Positions 18,914 through 26,456 of a DNA stretch of 64,000 bases are shown here, piece by piece. A program made the position numbers and the translations under genes. The notes below the pieces were generated by a model. That model saw only the letters and a list, made by a program, of their open reading frames with translations. It searched no databases and was not told the origin of the DNA. Every line of letters starts with the position of its first letter. The first letter of the stretch is position 1. The DNA is from Candidatus Nanoarchaeia archaeon (lineage in GTDB: Archaea; Nanobdellota; Nanobdellia; Woesearchaeales; SM23-78). The stretch spans positions 611 through 64,610 of the forward strand of contig DATDWO010000043.1 in assembly GCA_035289665.1 (NCBI GenBank), written 5' to 3'.

Positions 18914-19289
18914 AACGTTCCTTCAACCCATCTTGCCTTATTGCATATTCATGGCCACTGCGCAACTGAACCAGCGCATAATCTTTCCCCTTGTCTTCTG
19001 CCCATATCAGGCGTACGTCTTTTGGGTGAATAAAACCCTCCAACGTTGGGTGGTGACGATGTGCACGACTCTTCAATCCATGCAACTCATCTGCCTCTTT
19101 GTCGGTCAAACTTTCGTACTTTGTTGGCCTACTTGCTATTTCCCTGTTTAGCCGGTATGCTAATGTTTCTGGTTTTTCCACACACCCCCTAAACGCCCAC
19201 CCTCCGTAAATTAAGATGATTGCTGTTGCTAGACTCCGGATAGGGTGCGAAAGCAACCCCCTCCTTGGCCGCGGATAATATTCTCTCAT
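18885..19289 (-). CDS. Small membrane protein
   Basis: Hydrophobic segment LATAIILIYGGWAFRG; coupled within cassette. Confidence 0.45.
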   Translation of the reverse strand: MREYYPRPRRGLLSHPIRSLATAIILIYGGWAFRGCVEKPETLAYRLNREIASRPTKYESLTDKEADELHGLKSRAHRHHPTLEGFIHPKDVRLIWAEDKGKDYALVQLRSGHEYAIRQDGLKERFDWVSKGGD

Positions 19290-19912
19290 TCTTCATCCCC
19301 CCTCAATGCCCAATCCCCTGCATCTTTCAATGAATGACGCACGTCCTCATACGCATTTGACAATAACTTCTTCGCCACCGAACCTGGATGATCCAACAAA
19401 CATTGCTCTGCAACTGCAACCCGCGTATTCACTTCTGAACTTCTATACAACTCCAGCAAAAGCTCTCGCTGAGCTTCCTCCCCTAAGTTGCCAAAGCCCT
19501 GAGAAACAACATACTGTGTGTCTTTTTCGCTTAATCTATTGCTTTCAATGCCCCTCTTCGCTAACTCCCCTAACCATCCCTGATCTTGAACCAGATAACC
19601 TTCCACTCCATGCAACAAACGAGCTCTCCTCTCCACTGAACTGTGTTCCAATACCTTAGACACCACTTGATCCAAGAAGGGTCCTTGCCACTCCACTCCT
19701 TTTGAATCATCCATACTTTTTACCAAACCCTCTGCTGCTTGCTCAGGTGTTTGATTCCACGAAAAAGACATGTACTCCAAACCCTTATTCCCCTGCGCGT
19801 CTTCTAGACGAACCCAATTTTTACTGTACACTAGAGCTGCTGCACCTGCCAGAACAGCACCGACTGTTACCAACTTAAATCGCAAAAACCTTTTTTGAGC
19901 ATCCATCATCAT
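19286..19912 (-). CDS. Membrane-anchored protein (N-terminal TM/signal anchor), first gene of cassette
   Basis: LVTVGAVLAGAAALVY hydrophobic N-terminus; 4-bp overlap with next gene. Confidence 0.5.
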   Translation of the reverse strand: MMMDAQKRFLRFKLVTVGAVLAGAAALVYSKNWVRLEDAQGNKGLEYMSFSWNQTPEQAAEGLVKSMDDSKGVEWQGPFLDQVVSKVLEHSSVERRARLLHGVEGYLVQDQGWLGELAKRGIESNRLSEKDTQYVVSQGFGNLGEEAQRELLLELYRSSEVNTRVAVAEQCLLDHPGSVAKKLLSNAYEDVRHSLKDAGDWALRGDEE

Positions 19913-20025
19913 CCACCTCTAGAAAACACAATACGCCTGAACTATAAGAAAAATAGGTGTACAAAAAAGGACACCACGTATTTATATAGTCTTAATATAG
20001 AAGGAGCCACGAAATTTATTAAAAA

Positions 20026-20424
20026 TTATTCGATCAAAAACTCATGAATACTCGCGTTGGCGAACTCTCTGCGCTCTTTTTGAGGAAACACTTGATGCAT
20101 GTAATACATGACCCCTGCATGCCCTACGATTAAGATTGTCTTTCCGTTGTATTCTGATTTAAGACCCTCTATCAATTCTTTTACACGTTTTTTCATGTCT
20201 TCCTCGGATTCTCCTCCATAGGTTCTGACATCCACCGTTTTTAACTGTTCGCCTATGTCTGATTTCGTTTTGTCCAGTCCCGGAAGGTCGTTTATCTTCC
20301 ATCCGGCCAATCTTCCGAAATCCCTTTCTTTTAATGAGTCTTTGTATATGATTGGTACCTTTCGGTATTTTGCGATGATTTCAGCTGATTGCGCTGCGCG
20401 CTTTAAGGGTGATGAAAGGATCAC
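20026..20424 (-). pseudogene. Histidine phosphatase (phosphoglycerate mutase family) fragment lacking the N-terminal RHG catalytic motif
   Basis: Begins at the ...SSPLKRAAQSAEII segment; ends with GHAGVMYY; no upstream in-frame RHG; inverted repeats immediately upstream. Confidence 0.4.
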
Positions 20425-20440
20425 GTCAAAATGAGGAGGT

Positions 20441-20531
20441 ATAGATAACTGCGTAGCTTATGCTACTCTATTGTACGCAGCTATCTATATGTGAACTGCG
20501 CTAATCATGTTCTCTAAGTCGCGCAGTTCAC
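20441..20531. repeat. Two adjacent inverted repeats (imperfect 17-bp pair 20441..20488; perfect 11-bp GTGAACTGCGC/GCGCAGTTCAC 20491..20531)
   Basis: Read directly; lie between truncated phosphatase gene and next gene. Confidence 0.7.
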
Positions 20532-20712
20532 TATAAGAATTGGATTAACTCGTTGACTTGCTGCACTCCTATTTCTGATAATGGCTCATCGATCGTCTGG
20601 CCTTGGACCTTTTTTTCCTTGTTTGAATTGGTTTGGCCGTGTCGGACGAAGAAGATTCGCATAGAGCAAGAAAAATAACACTGTTTAAAAAGACATAGGA
20701 TTTCTTTTTTTC

Positions 20713-21315
20713 ATGAAAGCCCTTCTCCTCCTCAGCGGCGGCATTGACAGCCCTGTGGCTGGGAAACTGATGATTGATCAAGGCGTTGAGTTGGTTGCAG
20801 TGCACTTCAGCAATCAACCCTTTGTGGATGAGAAAACCGAACAGAAATCAGCTGAGCTGGCTCGGAAGATTGGGGCTATAAAGTTTTTGATTGTACCTCA
20901 CGGACCCCAACAAGCTGAGATTCACAAGCACTGCAATCCTCGCTATTACTATATATTGACTCGACGCATCATGTTTCGCACGGCAGAGAAACTAGCTCAG
21001 CAAGAAGGCTGCGAAGTGTTGATTACTGGCGAGAACTTGGGACAGGTTGGCAGTCAGACGCTGACCAACCTGAGCGTGATTAGCCGCGCTGTGAAGCTGC
21101 CTATCCTTAGACCGATCCTATGCAACGACAAAAATGACACCATCAGACTTGCTGAACGGTATGAAACTTTTGAACTCAGCAAAGGACCTGAGATTTGCTG
21201 CACCCTCGGGCCGAAAAACCCGACGACTCGGGCGAAGCTTGAAGTGGTGGAGAGAGAAGAAGAGAAGATTGATGTGAAAGAACTTGTTCAGCAAGCGCTT
21301 AATCATACTAAATAA
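20713..21315 (+). CDS. PP-loop ATPase, ThiI-like tRNA sulfurtransferase catalytic domain (stand-alone)
   Basis: LLLSGGIDSPVAG PP-loop (SGGxDS) motif; ~200 aa. Confidence 0.55.
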   Translation: MKALLLLSGGIDSPVAGKLMIDQGVELVAVHFSNQPFVDEKTEQKSAELARKIGAIKFLIVPHGPQQAEIHKHCNPRYYYILTRRIMFRTAEKLAQQEGCEVLITGENLGQVGSQTLTNLSVISRAVKLPILRPILCNDKNDTIRLAERYETFELSKGPEICCTLGPKNPTTRAKLEVVEREEEKIDVKELVQQALNHTK

Positions 21316-21334
21316 AACAGACTTCTGCTTTCAC

Positions 21335-22276
21335 TTAGAAATACCCTCTGCGTTTGAAATACCACATCAGGAAGACACCGGAAAAGAACATTAGACCCAG
21401 TGCCCAGACATATCCTAAAGGCCAGTTGAACTCGGGCAGGTACTTGAAATTCATCCCGTAAATGCCTGCGATAAGCGTTGGGACCAAGACGAGTGAGCCC
21501 AAGGCGGTCATGCGCTTCATGATGACGTTTAAGTTGTTAGATACGGTGCTGCTGTATAGCTCCAAGGTTCCTGAAAGGCCGTCCCGATAGGCCCCAATCA
21601 GATCAATCAACTCCATGAAATCATTGTACTGGTTCCTAAAATGCGGCGTATATTTCTTGTTGATGTTTTTTATAAGGCCATCCTCCAATGATAGAACAAT
21701 ATTCCTGTTATGATTCAAAGAACGGTGTAATACCGTAATGGATTTTTTTAACCTGAAAATGGACTGCACCAACTCATGGGTTTGATGAAGAAGGACCTCT
21801 TCCTCCAATCGATTGCAGCTTTCATCCAAGTCCTCAATGATTGAGAAATATTCACTCAGAATGCCTTCGATGAGGGTGAAAAGGATGAATGTAGGGCCAT
21901 TTTGCAATATTTTTTTCCACTCCGCCTCCTCCCAATCCTTCCACTTCAATCCATGCTCATTTGCTGAGTAGGTTAGGATTTCCTTCTTTCCAATAAAAAC
22001 ATATAATCTCTGAGAATGGTACTGATCTTTTGAGAGGGTTACAGGGAATTTAATCACTAGTACTTCTTTGTCCTTAACTTCTTTTAACCTACGTAGAAGG
22101 CTAGGATTGTGCATCGACCCACTTAAGGCCTTGAATGGAATCTTGAACTTCCGCTCCCAGGCATGCAAGTCGGCAGAAGAGGAGCCACCCATGTGAATCC
22201 ATCGAGCTGAGAACGAATCAGGCGCTTGTTGCCCTATCACTAACTTCCTATTCGTTAACGAGATGCAGCGAATCAC
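21335..22276 (-). CDS. corA: CorA-family Mg2+/Co2+ transporter
   Basis: YGMNF motif (IYGMNFKYLPE) between two C-terminal TM helices; 313 aa. Confidence 0.85.
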   Translation of the reverse strand: MIRCISLTNRKLVIGQQAPDSFSARWIHMGGSSSADLHAWERKFKIPFKALSGSMHNPSLLRRLKEVKDKEVLVIKFPVTLSKDQYHSQRLYVFIGKKEILTYSANEHGLKWKDWEEAEWKKILQNGPTFILFTLIEGILSEYFSIIEDLDESCNRLEEEVLLHQTHELVQSIFRLKKSITVLHRSLNHNRNIVLSLEDGLIKNINKKYTPHFRNQYNDFMELIDLIGAYRDGLSGTLELYSSTVSNNLNVIMKRMTALGSLVLVPTLIAGIYGMNFKYLPEFNWPLGYVWALGLMFFSGVFLMWYFKRRGYF

Positions 22277-22438
22277 CCTTTAACTTTTACAAACTGCCTA
22301 TATAAATATTCCGCGTCCTGCCAAAAGGATAACCTTTTTAAATAGAAATATATTAATCCGATTATTATGTTCCTCTCCATTCAATCGCTTCAAGCGCTTG
22401 TTCTAATGAGGAATGCGTAAGACCGAGGAAATTACGAA

Positions 22439-23923
22439 ATGATGACCCACGCACACTCCTCTCTCGAATCGCTTTCACCCCGCTACTCAAAAAAGCGATG
22501 GAATGACTTTTTAACCCAGGACAAAGACGGCGTTTTGCACGTGGAAGGCGTATCGGTTGAACACTTAGCTCGCAAGTACGGAACACCTCATTTTATTCTT
22601 ATTGAACGTGAAATTCGTGAGCGACTCCGAGCATTCAAACAAGCTTTCCCCTACCCTAAATTAAGACCCCAATTTGCTTGTAAAGTCAATTCCAACCTTG
22701 AAATCATTCGAATTGCCAAAGAAGAAGGATTTGAACTGGATGCAAGCAGCGTTGGTGAGATCATTCTTGGTCTACTTGCAGACTATAAACCCAACCAAAT
22801 TACTTTTACCAACTTATACAAAAGTCACCAAGACATTACCTTTGCCGCTATGATTGGCGTGCAGGCCATTACTGCAGATAGCATGGAAGAACTCGAGAAA
22901 ATCGCCTTTGTCGGCGAGAAATTAGGCCTTAAAATCAACTTATTCTTACGCTTGAACCCCCTTATCGACTTAGGTAATTATACTACTCGTTACCAACAAT
23001 ATGGCATTCCCTACCCAGATGCTAAAAAAGCAGTAGACTACGCTATGAAGCATCCCCACCTGGAATTAACCGGGTTCCACTTCCACGGCAGCTACATCAG
23101 TGATCCGCAAGTCTATGTGATGGCGGCGCAGAAACTCCTTAAAGTCGTTCGGTATGCCACGGACCTTGGGGCTAAGATTAAGTACTTGGATCTGGGCGGA
23201 GGTTTCCCCCCTAATGATAATAGTCATCCACAATACGGAAAAATGTATGACCTTCCAGAGGGCGGAAAGAAAATCGTTGAAGGCATCCAAAAACTTCTCC
23301 AGAAATACCAACTAGCTGCTCCTTACCTCATCTTTGAACCTGGAAAACACATCGTAAGTAACGCAATGATGGCCCTCACCAAAATTGTTTCTGAAAAAAA
23401 CATGGGCAAGAACAAGATGGTCATTCTGAACGGATCAGTCTATAACTTAGTAGCTGACATCTTTGTCAGCAAGCTGACGTATCACTTCTTGCCTGCCAAC
23501 AAAATGAGACAGCCCCGCACGGAACGATACCGCATCACAGGCAGCACCTGCGACTGCATTGATGTCTTCAGCAAAGGAGAGGCCATGCCTAAATTGGAGA
23601 AAGACGACCTTCTCATGATCATGGATTGCGGGGCTTACAGCGAAGTCTTCGCCAGCAACTTCAATAGCTTGAAAAGAGCTCCGATCATCCTCATCAGCCC
23701 AGATGGCACCACCAAATTGGTTCGACGAAGAGACCGCTACGCGGAGATGTTTGCACCCCAACTCGATGCGCTCAAAGTAGCTGATCCAAATGAGCTCAAA
23801 TTCTTCTATAACCTACATCGTATTAATATTGAGAAGATCTGGAACGATAAGCCTGAACTGGAGAAACTAAAAAAACCGATTAAGGCTCTGCTTCAAAGCT
23901 TGCAGAAAAACTCAGCGACATAA
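22439..23923 (+). CDS. PLP-dependent decarboxylase, Orn/DAP/Arg decarboxylase family (fold type III); substrate not assignable
   Basis: FACKVNSNLEII..DASSVGEI Lys-PLP region and overall length 494 aa. Confidence 0.6.
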   Translation: MMTHAHSSLESLSPRYSKKRWNDFLTQDKDGVLHVEGVSVEHLARKYGTPHFILIEREIRERLRAFKQAFPYPKLRPQFACKVNSNLEIIRIAKEEGFELDASSVGEIILGLLADYKPNQITFTNLYKSHQDITFAAMIGVQAITADSMEELEKIAFVGEKLGLKINLFLRLNPLIDLGNYTTRYQQYGIPYPDAKKAVDYAMKHPHLELTGFHFHGSYISDPQVYVMAAQKLLKVVRYATDLGAKIKYLDLGGGFPPNDNSHPQYGKMYDLPEGGKKIVEGIQKLLQKYQLAAPYLIFEPGKHIVSNAMMALTKIVSEKNMGKNKMVILNGSVYNLVADIFVSKLTYHFLPANKMRQPRTERYRITGSTCDCIDVFSKGEAMPKLEKDDLLMIMDCGAYSEVFASNFNSLKRAPIILISPDGTTKLVRRRDRYAEMFAPQLDALKVADPNELKFFYNLHRINIEKIWNDKPELEKLKKPIKALLQSLQKNSAT

Positions 23924-24038
23924 ATAAAGAATAAAAATAGTTTCTATCGCTGACATTAGTGAAGGAAAAATAGGATAATAGATATCCTCCACTAAAAAAC
24001 AACAATCTTTAAAGCCTAAAAGATGATTTCTCCTTCTT

Positions 24039-24884
24039 ATGAAGATTCTCTGCATTGGATGCCTACACGGAACGTTTCCTTCTAAGGCTTATGCGATCGC
24101 CAAGAAAGAAGGTATCCAACTGATCTTATGCCCTGGTGATTTAGCAGATGGCGGTTACATGCGCAACCTTGAATTTAAATACTGGCACAAGCTCCATGAA
24201 GGACTCTCTCTTGAGACTTTGGTTGGCAAGAAAAAACTAAAACAAGCTGGAGAACACAGCTTAAAAAGTCAAGCTATTATGGCAAAAAAATTGGAAAAAT
24301 TCAAACTACCGGTTCTTGTTATTGCGGGTAACCATGATTATATGATGGAAGATCTGAGCGCTAAGAACAAGAATAAGTACAAGAAATACACCCTCGAACA
24401 CCTTGCCAGCCACTCCAAACACTTACACTTTGTCCAGATGGGAGTGGGGAATTTTCACGGACAAGAAATTGGATGCATCAGTGGATATCGAGTACCCAGC
24501 CTGAAAGAGTTCACCCGACCCTCTGGAAAGGTTCCTGCCCAGATCCGACTTATGAACCACTTCTGGGACCTGCAACTCAAAACGATTTTTAAGAGCTTTA
24601 CCCATAAGAAAGAAGCCATCTTTATGTGCCACGATCCGCCTTATCATACGAAGCTGGACAAGATCCGTAACAAGTCCAGCCCCTTGGATGGGAAACACTT
24701 AGGAGATGAGTATGTGCTGAAGTACATTAAGAAGTATCAGCCTAGGTATGTTGTGTGTAGCCATATGCATGAAAATCAAGGTATGATCAAGATCGGAAAG
24801 ACGACCGTGGTGAACTGCGGACCGGCGTACAAAGGAAGGTTTGCGATCGTGGATCTAAATAACGGCAAGATTAAGTTTTACTAA
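24039..24884 (+). CDS. Calcineurin-like metallophosphoesterase
   Basis: CIGCLHG...CPGDLAD...IAGNHD motifs. Confidence 0.65.
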   Translation: MKILCIGCLHGTFPSKAYAIAKKEGIQLILCPGDLADGGYMRNLEFKYWHKLHEGLSLETLVGKKKLKQAGEHSLKSQAIMAKKLEKFKLPVLVIAGNHDYMMEDLSAKNKNKYKKYTLEHLASHSKHLHFVQMGVGNFHGQEIGCISGYRVPSLKEFTRPSGKVPAQIRLMNHFWDLQLKTIFKSFTHKKEAIFMCHDPPYHTKLDKIRNKSSPLDGKHLGDEYVLKYIKKYQPRYVVCSHMHENQGMIKIGKTTVVNCGPAYKGRFAIVDLNNGKIKFY

Positions 24885-25720
24885 GGTGCTAACCAACACA
24901 CCAGACGCTCCCATTCTGATGGTTCATGTTCATACAGGATTTGCCACTCACCAAAATACTTAGCGAGTGATGCTTTGTCGTTGTATACTAGTTTTACCTG
25001 GATGTCTAACTCTGGCTTAAAACCATACTGCTTTAATACTTCTTTTACTAGCCTTTTGCTTATCGCCTTCCCTAGATGTAAGCTTAATTCAGTTATCATC
25101 CGCTCTTTTTCTTTTAGAATGCTTGGCCGGCCTTTAATGATTAAGATCAGATCATCGTCTACGATTCGATGCAACAGCTTTCCAGAGACGTAGACTTTTT
25201 CTAACCATTTCCTTAAACGAGGTTCCTCTAGGAGCCTCTTAGTAAATTCTTGCAGCTCTTTTTGACACACGCTCTCTGTGTCCTTACGATGAAGCGTCCG
25301 AGCCAAACCAACTAAAACATCTTTTAGGTGATGGTTTACCGCTCCGATGATGATGTTTAGTCGCTCCGCTTCCTCTTCTTGATTTATATCATTTAATTGC
25401 CTGTCCCGAATCCTGCTTAAATCTGAAGAAAACCTTGATAAAGACTGGATAACTCCTTTTATTTTATTCAATTCAGACCCCAGGTGCTGCATCAGCTCGT
25501 AGGCGTTTGAGGCCTCCAAGGGCTGAATCCACTTTTCTTGGTATAAGTCTAAAATATCTTGAACGATGGCATCGTCTAACTCTGAAAGTTTCTTGAACTT
25601 TTTTCCTTTACGATCCCACCACGCCCAGTTAGAAGGAATCTGAGTGAACTGGTTCAGCTCTTGGATGTGCTTCTCAAAACGCGTTATGATGGCTTCTTGA
25701 ATCCCCATCCTGTTTCTCAC
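24881..25720 (-). CDS. Hypothetical protein
   Basis: 279-aa ORF, 4-bp overlap with upstream gene; no domain recognised. Confidence 0.4.
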   Translation of the reverse strand: MRNRMGIQEAIITRFEKHIQELNQFTQIPSNWAWWDRKGKKFKKLSELDDAIVQDILDLYQEKWIQPLEASNAYELMQHLGSELNKIKGVIQSLSRFSSDLSRIRDRQLNDINQEEEAERLNIIIGAVNHHLKDVLVGLARTLHRKDTESVCQKELQEFTKRLLEEPRLRKWLEKVYVSGKLLHRIVDDDLILIIKGRPSILKEKERMITELSLHLGKAISKRLVKEVLKQYGFKPELDIQVKLVYNDKASLAKYFGEWQILYEHEPSEWERLVCWLAP

Positions 25721-25759
25721 GTAAATCCCTATAAAAAGCTATAGCAAAAATGGCAAAAT

Positions 25760-25825
25760 TTCGCATATTTTTATGCCATTTTTGGATATAGCAAATGTGG
25801 ACTTATACATTTGCTATATTCCCCA
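25760..25825. promoter_or_regulatory. Divergent promoter region with palindromes (ATATAGCAAATGT/ACATTTGCTATAT; AAAAATGGCA/TGCCATTTTT)
   Basis: Perfect inverted repeats read between 24881..25720(-) and 25860..26456(+). Confidence 0.35.
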
Positions 25826-25859
25826 CAATACATAAAAAGAGACAGGGCTTCTACCCTTT

Positions 25860-26456
25860 ATGATTGTTATTGACCTTGAAACTTCTGGCCCTTATCCGGA
25901 TGTAAACGGCATTGTTAGCATTGGCGCGCTCGAGTTTGAAAATCCAGAAAATTGCTTTTATGAAGAATGTCGACTGGAGCATGGCAAACAGATCGATCCT
26001 ATTGCGATCGAGGTGACGGGCTTCAGTGAGGGGCAGATGCGAGACCATAAGAAGAAAACTGTGAAGGGAATTCTCTTGGATTTTCTCGATTGGCTGTCTA
26101 CAGCCCGGGAGAAGACCTTTGCTGCTCACAATACCCCATTTGATTGGAAATTCATGGAATGGGAGTTTAGACAGAATAAGCTGGAATGGCCCTTTCACTT
26201 TCGAAGTGTTGACATCCACGGATTGACCTATGGTCACATGCGGCAACGCGGCATCCAACCCCCCCTCCTTAATGACGTCAGTGCACTTGGACTTGGTAAG
26301 ATTCTTTCCTATTGTGGCCTCGAAGACCCCCGCCAAATTCACAACGCATTGGAAGATGCTAAGCTTGAAGCTGAATGCTTTCATCGTATCCTGCATGGAA
26401 AGCCGATGTTTTCTGAATACTCAGATCAGAAGATACCGGAATATTTACGGAAATAG
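25860..26456 (+). CDS. DEDDh 3'-5' exonuclease (DnaQ-like)
   Basis: Exo motifs VIDLETSG, HNTPFDWKF, HNALEDAKLEAE. Confidence 0.8.
   Translation: MIVIDLETSGPYPDVNGIVSIGALEFENPENCFYEECRLEHGKQIDPIAIEVTGFSEGQMRDHKKKTVKGILLDFLDWLSTAREKTFAAHNTPFDWKFMEWEFRQNKLEWPFHFRSVDIHGLTYGHMRQRGIQPPLLNDVSALGLGKILSYCGLEDPRQIHNALEDAKLEAECFHRILHGKPMFSEYSDQKIPEYLRK

Noticed and set aside
20569-20817. ORF 20569..20817(-)
   Set aside because: It overlaps the ThiI-like gene start and spans the inverted-repeat region. It has no features, so I treat it as non-coding.
25851-26396. ORF 25851..26396(-) antisense to the exonuclease gene
   Set aside because: The sense strand carries the full DEDDh Exo I/II/III motifs. The antisense ORF has no features.
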